A stretch of 64,000 bases of DNA from Promethearchaeota archaeon Loki_b32 (GTDB taxonomy: Archaea > Asgardarchaeota > Lokiarchaeia > Sigyniarchaeales > SOKP01), in NCBI GenBank assembly GCA_005223125.1, contig NJBH01000020.1:1-64000 (forward strand), written 5' to 3'. Shown one piece after another: positions 1-10,090 of this stretch. Within the stretch, counting starts at the first letter, position 1; every line of letters begins with the position of its first letter. Both the position numbers and the translations under genes were made by a program. Under the pieces are notes generated by a model, which saw nothing but the letters and a program-made list of their open reading frames with translations, was not told where the DNA came from and searched no databases.

Positions 1-89
1 CAAGTTAACAATTTTTATATCTTTAAATAAAAGGGTATATAATTAAGCTTAATGGACAGAAATTTTGCTCATTTCCATACTTCAATTTA

Positions 90-226
90 TGGTTCCTGCC
101 ATCAACCCTGGATTTTTGTCTTTTGGTCATGTAGTGGTCTACACTATGTTTTCGCCCTCCTCCCCCTATTTGAGTTTGGACCTTGGATTAAAGACCTGCT
201 GGTAGGAGTCACTCTTCCTATTTTTT
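90..226 (+). other. GC-rich structured non-coding element (ncRNA or degenerate MITE-like element)
   Basis: 90-104 pairs with 197-211 (14/15 pairs, three G-U); internal hairpin at 128-149; alternative hairpin 203-220 followed by T6. Confidence 0.35.
173..217 (+). repeat. Left copy of an imperfect ~40 bp inverted repeat (partner at 10045-10090)
   Basis: GGACCTTG-N12-GCTGRTAGGAGTC shared, with identical spacing, with the reverse complement of 10052-10084. Confidence 0.55.
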
Positions 227-509
227 AATTAATACTACGAAGAAAATAGAAATTATGAAGAGAAAATTTGTAATTACGAAAAAATTTCCTTCTTTAATCA
301 AATCTGATTTTAATAAGTTATTTAAAATATTAATGGGAAATAGTGCATAGACATGGTACAAAACATTACGGTTTTGGTAAACCAATTGATTACAGATCAG
401 CCGGATTTATTATAAAAGAGGTTTAATATTTTTTAACATTTATTTATTTTCTTTCGAAGTTGAGTTATAAACAAAAAATTGAAATAATTCTACTTTTTAA
501 ATAAGTTTT

Positions 510-1157
510 TTAGATTTCACTTATCTTATTTTTAAGCATTTCTAAAACAGGAGTAATCTCTTCTTTTTTTAGAACAATTTTATTATTATATTTCAATTCA
601 GTATACATTACGCTTCCATATTCATGTTGTTTTAATAAAACTTGTAATTCTTTTCCGATAAAAACATAAATATTTATATTTGTTCCTTTGCTTTCTTTCC
701 ATCCACTACTCAAGATTATATCCATTTCTATTGCTTCTTTTCTGTGTATTGTTAATATTTCGACTTGAGAAATTACACCTAATCTATCAATACCTTGTAT
801 GTTTGCCTTTGGGAGATTAGTATTTGGATCAATACATTTTATACAGAAATTACATATTTCATCTATAGCATTATAACATTTTTTTCGTATTGACATTCTT
901 TTTTCTAATGTTTTATTTTCTTCAACACTTTTTATTATAAATGGCAATAATAAAGCTATAACCCCACTACTTAAAGCTGTCAAGATACTTATCAAATTTA
1001 CATAATTATCCCAAATACTCTCAGGAGCATAAATATCGAGAATAGTACAGGTAATTACAAGTGCTATACCCACTATTATTACAATGAATAAATTTCTAGT
1101 TACTCGGAATTTGAAAAGGCTTCGAAAAACGCCTTTAATTTTTGTCATAGTATTCAC
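510..1157 (-). CDS. Hypothetical membrane protein (two N-terminal TM helices)
   Basis: 215-aa ORF, two hydrophobic segments followed by a soluble domain. Confidence 0.7.
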   Translation of the reverse strand: MNTMTKIKGVFRSLFKFRVTRNLFIVIIVGIALVITCTILDIYAPESIWDNYVNLISILTALSSGVIALLLPFIIKSVEENKTLEKRMSIRKKCYNAIDEICNFCIKCIDPNTNLPKANIQGIDRLGVISQVEILTIHRKEAIEMDIILSSGWKESKGTNINIYVFIGKELQVLLKQHEYGSVMYTELKYNNKIVLKKEEITPVLEMLKNKISEI

Positions 1158-1215
1158 TTTCTTTTATTAATTAAATTTCTATTTAGTAATTTCTTCAAAT
1201 CTTTTATAAAATTTA

Positions 1216-1344
1216 TTATATTTTATCTACTCCTAAAGTTTCAATTTTTAATGCGAATAAAAGATTAATCCTACAAAAATCTTCAAATGTAAGTCGCTGA
1301 TTGCAATTTGCACATTCTTTCTCTTTTATTTCATGCAATGGCAT
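1216..1344 (-). pseudogene. Truncated small CxxC zinc-finger-like protein
   Basis: Read manually: MPLHEIKEKECANCNQRLTFEDFCRINLLFALKIETLGVDKI*; has one CxxC pair, no second pair. Confidence 0.35.
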
Positions 1345-1576
1345 TTATAATGATTACATGGTCGATATTTAAAAATTATAGGTTTTTTATCAGACAGCTT
1401 TCTCACTATCTTTTTAATCGTATCTATATATGTTAAATTTCCCAGATAAATCTAGTTCTTTAAGAAAATGCATTGATTCTAATACTTTACGGTTAAAGAC
1501 TTAAATAAAAGGTAATACAATGATAAAATTATCTTATATATTTCGTTAGAAATGAATTTTTATATTCTTTTTAAGA

Positions 1577-3664
1577 TTATAATAACCTTTTATTAAATGA
1601 TAATTGCACTTTTTTGAGGAGATCTTCATTTTTATGAAAACTAGCCCTGTCAAATGCTTCTATGTCTATTGATTTATTACAATTTGGACAAACGCCTTTA
1701 GCACTAAATCGTGCTGGTTTATATGCATATCCTGTAGGGACCAAAGGATATATCATACATTCTGGACAAAACCCAAAGATTCCATTTTTAGAAGCAATAT
1801 GAAGAAAACGTTGACCATAAATAGAAGTATGAAAAGCAAGTGCTTCATCCCAAGTATAAAAATCATTATAATTTTGTCTATAATATGGAGGTAAAAAAAT
1901 AAAATCTATTATCTTTTTCTCAGTTTTATTATAAATACACAGGATATTAAGACTTTCCCATTTTGATGAATCATTTATTTCAAAGTCATAATCATTAGTT
2001 AACTCATCAATTTTAGTAGGCCGTAAAAATAAATTAGAATGAAGTAATAGATGGTCTAAGTTAATATTGAGATTATCAGAGTAAATATAGTTTTCCCAAC
2101 CTATACGTGCTATTATTGGATATTTATCAAAGAATCCCATACCGTCCCATTCAAATAATCCATTTCTTCTAGTCAAGACTTCAAATAGGTGAATTTCAGA
2201 AAGATAAATATCAATATCACTAGGGGGAGGAGTGACACAAATTTGACATATCATTGATGGGGTTATATGTTTTATCTCATATCCTCTTGATTCAAAAAAA
2301 TTCTTGAGAGGGTTAATTTTATTTCTCATTTTTCTAAAATATTCTTCTTGTCTAACTAGATTAAGGGCAACATCACTCTTGCATTCAATAAATTCAAGCT
2401 TACCTTTATTATGGAACACCACATCCACCTCGAATTCTCCTTCTGGACATTTAACTTTAAGGTTTCTCATTACTCTCTTAGAATTAAAGATAAGATCTAC
2501 ATCTAAATGAAATCCTAATTTCCAGATGCTTTTTTCCAGATTTTTTATACCACGATAAACACGAATTTCTCTCTTCTTATTCTTTTTAAAAATCTGATAT
2601 TGACTTTCTAATATTTTTGAGAAAAAATTTAATCTGCTTGAGGTAGTAATATAACAATCTTTAAGAGAATAAAATATCCTTCTAAAATTAAATTGAGTTG
2701 AAAAATAGTAAAATGTCTCTTTGAAACGATCTTGAAAATTATCTTCTGAAGAACTTATTCCTCTCAAAAAAAATCCAAATGATACAAATTTTCTTAAATA
2801 ATCTAAGAAATTATCATGATCATCGTAATATATAATAATAATAGGAAAAGAAGGAGATATTAAATTCATTATATGGTCTGTAGCGTGAGTCCTTAAAATT
2901 TGTGCAGATATTTCGGGGTTTTTTAGATGATTTATATTGATAGGATAAATCGAGGTATATTTGGCAATATCGGTAAAGATCTTTGCAGATAATGACCATT
3001 CCTGCATTGTTGAGTCAATATTAATAAGAATGTTCGGGGAATATCCTTTGCAATCCATAATATATTCATCATAATAAAATGGATTTTTCCGAATAATAAT
3101 TTCATAAATGTCTTTTGGAGTCGCAAAAAAAAATTTTTCTTTAGTAAGATATAATTCTATTCTTGATCCATCATCAAGATGAGCTATTTTATCATTTTGA
3201 AGATCTTTAAAGTATCTATCATAACTATATGCTTTCTCAGCTAAAAAAAATAATTTTTCTCTCTTAGGAGCAAAATTTTCCTTATAATCTTGATCATATT
3301 TTAAATCTTTAAAACGATGATTTGATAATTTATCTGTAAAAATTATCTCAAGCAAGTATTGAGAATATACCCATCTTTTAATATGTTCTACTGAATAAAA
3401 TCCTAAATTGAATAATTCTTCAGAAATTTGATCTTGATAACTCAGCAAATGGAAGAAAAAAGGAACTGTATTTTGTATTTCCTCAATTGCTTTAAGAAGC
3501 TTTAATTTATCCCCTTTTTCTCCTATTGAGAATAGCCCTTCAAATGGACCTAAATCTTTTTTAATCCTCAAAAATTCACAATTTCGACAAAAAACTTTGC
3601 TATCCTTTATTCTTAGTACGGGATCATAAATCTTTCCACATTTTAAACATTTTAAGTCTTTCAT
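1577..3664 (-). CDS. PD-(D/E)XK (NERD/restriction-like) nuclease-domain protein with N- and C-terminal zinc ribbons
   Basis: EVDVV...EFIECKS motif; CLKC..CRNC at the N-terminus, CPEC..CPNC at the C-terminus. Confidence 0.65.
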   Translation of the reverse strand: MKDLKCLKCGKIYDPVLRIKDSKVFCRNCEFLRIKKDLGPFEGLFSIGEKGDKLKLLKAIEEIQNTVPFFFHLLSYQDQISEELFNLGFYSVEHIKRWVYSQYLLEIIFTDKLSNHRFKDLKYDQDYKENFAPKREKLFFLAEKAYSYDRYFKDLQNDKIAHLDDGSRIELYLTKEKFFFATPKDIYEIIIRKNPFYYDEYIMDCKGYSPNILINIDSTMQEWSLSAKIFTDIAKYTSIYPININHLKNPEISAQILRTHATDHIMNLISPSFPIIIIYYDDHDNFLDYLRKFVSFGFFLRGISSSEDNFQDRFKETFYYFSTQFNFRRIFYSLKDCYITTSSRLNFFSKILESQYQIFKKNKKREIRVYRGIKNLEKSIWKLGFHLDVDLIFNSKRVMRNLKVKCPEGEFEVDVVFHNKGKLEFIECKSDVALNLVRQEEYFRKMRNKINPLKNFFESRGYEIKHITPSMICQICVTPPPSDIDIYLSEIHLFEVLTRRNGLFEWDGMGFFDKYPIIARIGWENYIYSDNLNINLDHLLLHSNLFLRPTKIDELTNDYDFEINDSSKWESLNILCIYNKTEKKIIDFIFLPPYYRQNYNDFYTWDEALAFHTSIYGQRFLHIASKNGIFGFCPECMIYPLVPTGYAYKPARFSAKGVCPNCNKSIDIEAFDRASFHKNEDLLKKVQLSFNKRLL

Positions 3665-3879
3665 TTTTATTTAACTAGTCCAACTTGAGTTATATTATGA
3701 AATTATCTAGATCTAATTACAGTAAAATCACCTAATTCCTTATATTCGTCAAGTTTAACCATGATCATCTAATGCATCCCTTAAAAAGAGGTTATGCACA
3801 TTAATTTTCATATTTTTAGGTGTATTTTTTTGTGGTATTAACATTCATTTTTGTCAATAATCTATTTTGATTTTCTAAT

Positions 3880-4986
3880 TTACAGGTTACTACTTATCGC
3901 TTTTTCTATGTAATTAGTGAGATTTTCTTTATAATCTTCAGTAAGGTTATATTTAGCAGCCTCATTTAGAATTAGAAATCCAATTTCTTCTAGTTTTGAT
4001 AATGCATTGCCTAACTTTCTATTTGAATAAGGTAATAAACCCTCTTTCTTGATATTCCTAAGTTGATTATGTAAATATCCATACTTATGTTCCACTTTCT
4101 CTTCACTTTTGATATCAATATAGGCTTTGATAATAATATTAAAAATTTTTGTCCAATCCTCTTTTTCAATTACATCTTTAAGAACAGGGCTAAGCTCTGA
4201 TTCTACTTGTGGATCTTCATCAAGTAAAAATATTTCATTAAAACCTTCAACAATTTCTGTTTTGATTTTACCATTTTCTTCTGCTGCTGTAATAAACTTT
4301 GTAAAAGAATTAAATGTTTTTGCTTTATCATCAGGTCTTTGAACCATTGTTGCCCCCTTATAATCAAAATTTGGAGAACTTCGCATTAGATTATCAACCA
4401 CTCCAAATCGAGTGGTTTTACCTTTCTCCCTAGCAAGTTTTACTGACTCAATCAACCAATTTATTGCAGTATCAAAAAGAATTGCTTTTTCTTTCTTTTT
4501 TGGCTTGGTTTCCTTTGAAAAATCTCGAGCTTTATACATTTTGGAAAGTTCTTCAAGAGAAAGAAAATCATTAGCACTTAATAATAAGTGTTCACTTACA
4601 TTATGTGAATCTCCTATTATGATAACTTTTTTGCGTTCTGCTCTGAGTTCATTCACTAGAGATATGAAATCTTTATCACCAGTAAGAATTATAAAACAAT
4701 TAATATCTGGATATAATTGCGCAGTTACAAGACAATCAACAACAATTTTAACATCAACACTATTAGGTTTTCCCATGGATACTTGAATTGTATCAAATCC
4801 TAAACTATAAAGTGCTTGAATAATCTCTTTATTAATTCCTACCCAATTAGAATATACTTTTTTTATACGAGGATGACCTAGCGATTCAGAATATTTTATT
4901 AAAGCCTCTGCTAAGGGTACATTAATGCCTTTTGCTACAACTCTGACATTTTCATAATCCCAAAATATAGCGACTTCATCCATCAT
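3880..4986 (-). CDS. NYN-domain (LabA/DUF88, PIN-fold) RNase with C-terminal LOTUS/wHTH-like domains
   Basis: FWDYEN, NSVDVKI, TGDKDF motifs; GAGG SD upstream. Confidence 0.9.
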   Translation of the reverse strand: MMDEVAIFWDYENVRVVAKGINVPLAEALIKYSESLGHPRIKKVYSNWVGINKEIIQALYSLGFDTIQVSMGKPNSVDVKIVVDCLVTAQLYPDINCFIILTGDKDFISLVNELRAERKKVIIIGDSHNVSEHLLLSANDFLSLEELSKMYKARDFSKETKPKKKEKAILFDTAINWLIESVKLAREKGKTTRFGVVDNLMRSSPNFDYKGATMVQRPDDKAKTFNSFTKFITAAEENGKIKTEIVEGFNEIFLLDEDPQVESELSPVLKDVIEKEDWTKIFNIIIKAYIDIKSEEKVEHKYGYLHNQLRNIKKEGLLPYSNRKLGNALSKLEEIGFLILNEAAKYNLTEDYKENLTNYIEKAISSNL

Positions 4987-5136
4987 TTAAACCTCCTCCA
5001 AAAATTATAATTGAATATTTTTATCTTATTAAAATAGAGATTGATTGGATTTTTATATTTAATTCAAATTTTAATAGTTATTTAGGATGAATTATTCATC
5101 CTTCTTTTTTTTCGAATTATTTTTGTTTTTGTCTCT

Positions 5137-5376
5137 TTATTGAAATCGTCGATTAATGGATCTTTTTGGAAAAATGAATACTGTTGCTATTGAAATATAA
5201 GCAACTGAAATCAAATTTATTTCCAAAATTTGAATTGTAAAAATATAATATACCAATAAACCGCTACAAAAAGTTACTATAATAATCCTTACAAAATATA
5301 CTAATAATCTAATTTTTGGATTGAAATGAGAATTGAAATTCTCCTTATGAAATCTAGTGATAAATAATTTAAGCAT
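5137..5376 (-). CDS. Small hydrophobic hypothetical protein or fragment
   Basis: 79-aa ORF with two hydrophobic stretches. Confidence 0.3.
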   Translation of the reverse strand: MLKLFITRFHKENFNSHFNPKIRLLVYFVRIIIVTFCSGLLVYYIFTIQILEINLISVAYISIATVFIFPKRSINRRFQ

Positions 5377-5491
5377 TTGTGTTAAAATAGAAAAAACTAT
5401 AATAGCTAATAATTAAAATAAATTCCATTAAATAACTAATTCGTTTAGCAAAAAGGTAGTAAAAAGGTAAAATGGATTATTCTAAATCTCT

Positions 5492-6721
5492 TTAAAGAGA
5501 GTTAAATTGACCATTTTTATTTAAGATCTTCAAAAAATTAAAATTAGTATTATCAATGATTCTCTTCTTTCTTGATAATCTTGAAAAAGTTTCTCTATTA
5601 AGCCCTGTCTCTACTCTAACCGGATATGAATATAAATCTTTAAATTTCATTACTCCAACAGGGTCCTTTGTTTGAGCAATCATTATGGCAATACAACGTC
5701 TTTTTATATCTTCAGAATCTTTTAAAATGATTTCCATTATTTCAAAATAATTTTCTTGATAATCTATCCATTTGTCTAAAATTGTACTAATCGACTGAAT
5801 TTTATCTTCTAAATTATTAATACCAATAATTCTTCTAGGAAATTTATCTGTTATCCCTATAATAATAAGTCCTCCCTTCTTATTAGCAAATGCTGCTACT
5901 TTCTCACAAAAATCAATCTGTCTTTTCTTCTTTAAAGATTTTGGAGATTGCCATATATCAAGTGTCTCCTTAAAATCCCAATATTTACATTCTGTTTTAT
6001 CTATAATACTGCTAATAAGATCTCTCCAAAATGAATCATGATAAACATTTTCTAACATTTCATCAAAACGGATGACACCCGTAATATTATCTAATGATTC
6101 TAATTCTGTATTCTCAATAAAGATATATTCTTCCAAAATTTCTTGAGTATGATTATTTTTTTTTATAGGAAATCTCAGATCTCCACTTTCGCTAATAAAA
6201 TTATTTTGGATGAGGATTGTCCATACATCTTCTTTTTCATCATTATCAAAATCACCTGGTTTCCACCGATCGATAGCTTTAAAAAAATCTTTTTTCATTC
6301 GAAAATCTTTCGACAATATTAAGTAAATAAATGACATTGCTAATTCTATTCGCATAGATGTCTGAAGATCATTCTCAAAGACATCAACAATTTTATATTC
6401 CAATATTTTATTTTTCTCAAATAACTTAAAAAAATCTCTATATTTATGAAAAAACGAATTATTAATCAAATTATCATTAACTCGAATTCTTCCATAAGGT
6501 TCTTCAATGAGAAGCCCCACTTCACAAAGTTGATTTAAATCTTGCTCTAATTCCTCGCTAAAAGGTCCAAATGACCCACTTCTAAAAATATAATGTAAAT
6601 TCATTATTTTAGCCACCTGAAAGGCATAAATGATTTTCTGTATGTTGATCTTTCCATTAAATCCATCATAGTCTCTGAAGACTTTTAACAGTAAAGCCTG
6701 CCTAATTGTAAGTCTTATCAT
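5492..6721 (-). CDS. Fusion of a SocA/YwgA(DUF4065)-like wHTH domain and a Schlafen/AlbA_2 domain
   Basis: N-terminal IQKIIY...FGPFSEELEQDL; C-terminal ECKYWDFKE...AAFANKKGGLIIIGITD. Confidence 0.8.
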   Translation of the reverse strand: MIRLTIRQALLLKVFRDYDGFNGKINIQKIIYAFQVAKIMNLHYIFRSGSFGPFSEELEQDLNQLCEVGLLIEEPYGRIRVNDNLINNSFFHKYRDFFKLFEKNKILEYKIVDVFENDLQTSMRIELAMSFIYLILSKDFRMKKDFFKAIDRWKPGDFDNDEKEDVWTILIQNNFISESGDLRFPIKKNNHTQEILEEYIFIENTELESLDNITGVIRFDEMLENVYHDSFWRDLISSIIDKTECKYWDFKETLDIWQSPKSLKKKRQIDFCEKVAAFANKKGGLIIIGITDKFPRRIIGINNLEDKIQSISTILDKWIDYQENYFEIMEIILKDSEDIKRRCIAIMIAQTKDPVGVMKFKDLYSYPVRVETGLNRETFSRLSRKKRIIDNTNFNFLKILNKNGQFNSL

Positions 6722-6785
6722 TTGATACCTTCTTATTTACATTGTTGTCTACTAAAATATTTTTGAATATAAATATTAAAACACG

Positions 6786-6811
6786 TCACTTAATTTGTGA
6801 ATTTTAAGTGA
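6786..6811. promoter_or_regulatory. Perfect 8-bp inverted repeat upstream of the SocA-Schlafen gene (candidate operator)
   Basis: TCACTTAA-N10-TTAAGTGA. Confidence 0.4.
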
Positions 6812-6973
6812 TCAGTAGGAGAAATAAGCTTTTTTCAGATTGATTCTACGGTAGCACTAGTTAGAGTTTGATCCTGTTGGAGTTACCTTCTCTAACCATT
6901 TATGACATTTTGGAATAAAAAATATGTAAATCGAGGTAAAGAATATTTTGAAATAATTATCTTTTTAGAAGCT

Positions 6974-7225
6974 TTATTTATTATGTTTAATTAAAAAAGC
7001 TTTCACTTTCTCCAACAACTTCTCATTACATTCAGGATTGTGCCAATCCTCGCCATTCAGAAGCCCTTCTTCTTTAGCGATCAACTGAAGCCCTAAATGC
7101 GCAATTACACAGAAAGTATTACTGCGAAAATCACTATAATTTGGAACATTGCAAACTTTATCGAACGTTTGTTGGATTAAAGACCATCTAGCCTGTTTAA
7201 CCTCATCACTTTTAGCTGTCATCAA
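6974..7225 (-). CDS. Small hypothetical protein
   Basis: 83-aa ORF with globular composition. Confidence 0.65.
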   Translation of the reverse strand: MMTAKSDEVKQARWSLIQQTFDKVCNVPNYSDFRSNTFCVIAHLGLQLIAKEEGLLNGEDWHNPECNEKLLEKVKAFLIKHNK

Positions 7226-7310
7226 GTGAAATATATAAGATTTGGCAAATAAAAAGGAAATGAGAGTTCAAAATTATAATCTATCTAATAATATTGTTTT
7301 AGTACATATC

Positions 7311-7508
7311 TTAGGATATATATTTTAAGACAAGATATTCCGATAATTTAACCTTTTTAGAATTTTCTTCTGTTTCTTCAATTAATTCTTCAAGTCCATC
7401 CTTAATTAACTTACTTAGATTGTTAAGAGCGACATTTTGTAATTTCTTATATTGAACTGTGAGTTCTTGAAATGAATTCACAATTTCTACTTCTTCCTTA
7501 TCTTTCAT
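7311..7508 (-). CDS. Small acidic helical hypothetical protein (possibly truncated)
   Basis: 65 aa, GAGGT SD upstream of ATG. Confidence 0.5.
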   Translation of the reverse strand: MKDKEEVEIVNSFQELTVQYKKLQNVALNNLSKLIKDGLEELIEETEENSKKVKLSEYLVLKYIS

Positions 7509-7722
7509 TATGCTCTACCTCTATCTATATATTCTTCTGAGAGACCATATCAATATTGTCTTATCTTGCTTAATATTGATTGAACAATATAATTTTCTAA
7601 GTTAATTGCAGATAAATAATAATATATATAAGTAAATGTACTTAAACACATTTATAGGTTTTTAAAGTTAAATTTTTTTTACCTTAATAAAGTTAAATTA
7701 TTATTATGCGAGAGAGATAAAA

Positions 7723-8550
7723 ATGCCCAATATCAAATTTCTTGAAGAACACCCTCTTTATACTCAATTCCCATTTGAGGTTCCGGAGTACATTCATCAA
7801 TTAGAAAAAGTTAACATAAACATGCATTGCTCTAAATGTGATAATATCAGAACTTTTAATATGACAAATGATTATCGGGATAGTGAAGAACATGTACATC
7901 CTGATGTAGGTAATTCTTATGCGACTAAGAAAAATAAATATATTACTCTCGATTATCTATGTGCGGCTTGCAAAGTTTTTATGAGATTCTTTATCATAAA
8001 AATTGGGGAGGATCTAACATATATTCAAAAAATTGGGCAATATCCTCCTTTGGATATATCTATTCCCAAAGAACTTAAAAAAATTATTGATGAAGAATAT
8101 AAAGATTATTATAAAAAAGGTAAAAACTCAGAAAATTTCGGACATGGAATTGGGGCATATGTTTATTATAGGCGAATTATAGAAGGAATTATTAATGAGT
8201 TTATTGAAAAAATCCCATATTTTATGACTAATGAAGAGAAAGAAAAATATAAAGAACCACTAGATAGAGCTAAAAAAGAAAAAAATACAACAACTAAAAT
8301 TGAAATTATTAAAGATTTAGTACCTCCAATACTAATTCAGGGTAGATTTAATCCATTAAAAGCGCTACATGAAGCATTAAGTATAGGAATACATGTAGAA
8401 TCTGATTTATCATGCTTGGAAAATGCAAAGATTATTAGAAATAGTTTAGAGTTTATTGTAGAAATAATTTTCCGAGATGTTGAGAAAAGCAAGGAATATA
8501 TAGAAAGTATGGATAAAATAAAAAAAAGACTGAAAGAAAAATATAAATGA
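7723..8550 (+). CDS. Zinc-ribbon + DUF4145-like (HEPN-fold) protein
   Basis: CSKC..CAAC, GQYPP, GAYVYYRRIIE, LSIGIH. Confidence 0.65.
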   Translation: MPNIKFLEEHPLYTQFPFEVPEYIHQLEKVNINMHCSKCDNIRTFNMTNDYRDSEEHVHPDVGNSYATKKNKYITLDYLCAACKVFMRFFIIKIGEDLTYIQKIGQYPPLDISIPKELKKIIDEEYKDYYKKGKNSENFGHGIGAYVYYRRIIEGIINEFIEKIPYFMTNEEKEKYKEPLDRAKKEKNTTTKIEIIKDLVPPILIQGRFNPLKALHEALSIGIHVESDLSCLENAKIIRNSLEFIVEIIFRDVEKSKEYIESMDKIKKRLKEKYK

Positions 8551-8674
8551 AATAATATTAACTATCTAATTCCATTATTTGTTATAATTATTATATTTGG
8601 ATTTTGAATGTTTCTAACATCGAATATTTTTGCCTTATATCTAAATAAATTAATGAAAAAGCCTAATCAAAAAT

Positions 8675-8821
8675 TTAGGAGTAGAAGAAATTCAGATTCA
8701 TGTCATTCCAGAACTTAGACCGAAAAATGATGAGGAATTAATTGAATTTTTTAAAAAAAGTATTGAGGAGCAAATAAGACTAATAAATTATTTAGATGAA
8801 TTAAAAGATGGATTAAAATGA
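8675..8821 (+). pseudogene. Orphan 3' gene fragment
   Basis: Frame without a start codon reads LGVEEIQIHVIPELRPKNDEELIEFFKKSIEEQIRLINYLDELKDGLK*. Confidence 0.3.
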
Positions 8822-8916
8822 GTATTCAAGCACTATTAACTAGTTTAAAAGAACCCAGTATCCACGATTCTTAATATTTTTGTCTTATAATTGTATAGAA
8901 TACTCAAAATAATAAA

Positions 8917-9942
8917 TTATAATAATTCGTCTAAATCACTCCATCTTTCTTTGAACAATTTACTCTGAGTAGGATGTTTTATCAAGCCAAACATTCTATT
9001 CTTCTCATACTCTAAGATTGAAAAGATTTTCCGAACAAATAATGATTTTATATAATCTAACATAAACTTAATATAAAAACCTAAATTTTTCTCATCAGTT
9101 TGAGTTAGTTTTTGCCAAGTAAAGATTTTATACCTACTTAAATGGCTAAATAGAAAACTAAGTATATAGAAAACCAATAAATTTATATCTTCAAGATCTT
9201 TCACTTTTATCTCTTTTTGTGTTGGAAAATCATCTAAAAAATTCCCAATAGTCTTATTTGATAATCCAATATGTAATTTTGTAAAAAAAATCCGAATCAA
9301 ATCCAATAATGAATATTCAATTTTTTTAAAAAAATAATCTTGTACAGGAAATCCTAGCACAAAAAAGAATCTCTGTGTTGCACCTTCTACTAGTAGTTCA
9401 ATGTTATAATTTAAAAGATCTTCAATATTAGAAGAACTATCTATATTGTTAAATTCCTTGGGATTAATACCATGGTGTCTGAATTTTCCTCGGATAGATT
9501 CAATTTTTTTGTTTTCAGCAGAAAAGTTGAAATGTATATATGAAAAATAAGTTGCTAATTGTTCAATACCGTAAAATAATAAAACTGGTTGATTCAAAAA
9601 AATAACATTGTTGACACTTTTAATATAATTATAACCTGATTTTCCAATATATGATATTATACGGCTTACAAGATCTAATTTTGATGTGTTGTCATATTTT
9701 ATATTTTGATAGTCAAATTCTGGTTTAATATTTGAAAAAAAATTCTTCACAAACTTTTCTGATAATGGAAAATATTCACAATATTCTAATGATTGTAATT
9801 TTTGAATATTTTCTAAATATCTTTTAATTGTTGAGGGTAAAAACATTATTTCAATATCATATTCAGAAAATATCTTAAATTCATCATTATGAAAAGTGTC
9901 ACCTGTTCCGAAAGTAGTCCCTCTAAATCTTCTCAACTGCAT
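8917..9942 (-). CDS. YaaC-family (HEPN-like) protein
   Basis: QPVLLFYG, HHGI, LSHLSRY...W motifs. Confidence 0.75.
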   Translation of the reverse strand: MQLRRFRGTTFGTGDTFHNDEFKIFSEYDIEIMFLPSTIKRYLENIQKLQSLEYCEYFPLSEKFVKNFFSNIKPEFDYQNIKYDNTSKLDLVSRIISYIGKSGYNYIKSVNNVIFLNQPVLLFYGIEQLATYFSYIHFNFSAENKKIESIRGKFRHHGINPKEFNNIDSSSNIEDLLNYNIELLVEGATQRFFFVLGFPVQDYFFKKIEYSLLDLIRIFFTKLHIGLSNKTIGNFLDDFPTQKEIKVKDLEDINLLVFYILSFLFSHLSRYKIFTWQKLTQTDEKNLGFYIKFMLDYIKSLFVRKIFSILEYEKNRMFGLIKHPTQSKLFKERWSDLDELL

Positions 9943-10044
9943 TCATTTCACTTTATTAATCTTTAATAACTATTTTTTTGTCTAATATCTAAATTAAGTT
10001 TGTTCTTATTTAAATGAAATTCTCAAACTGCTATAATTTAATGA

Positions 10045-10090
10045 AAGAGGAGACTCCTATCAGCTCGACCTAATAACAAGGTCCTAAACT
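10045..10090 (-). repeat. Right copy of the imperfect inverted repeat (partner at 173-217); overlaps the PIN gene 3' end
   Basis: Reverse complement agtttaGGACCTTGttattaggtcgaGCTGATAGGAGTCtcctctt. Confidence 0.55.

Noticed and set aside
90-211. 5S rRNA or tRNA, suggested by the ~120-nt length and closing stem
   Set aside because: No CCGAAC loop or other 5S signature, and no cloverleaf or TTCRA motif
6863-6876. AGAGTTTGATCCTG, matching the 5' end of bacterial 16S rRNA (27F primer)
   Set aside because: The match stops after 14 nt and the flanks are not rRNA-like; treated as coincidence
1226-8685. 12-bp inverted match TTTAGGAGTAGA at 1226-1237 and 8674-8685 near gene fragments
   Set aside because: Too short and AT-rich to distinguish from chance; the flanks do not align
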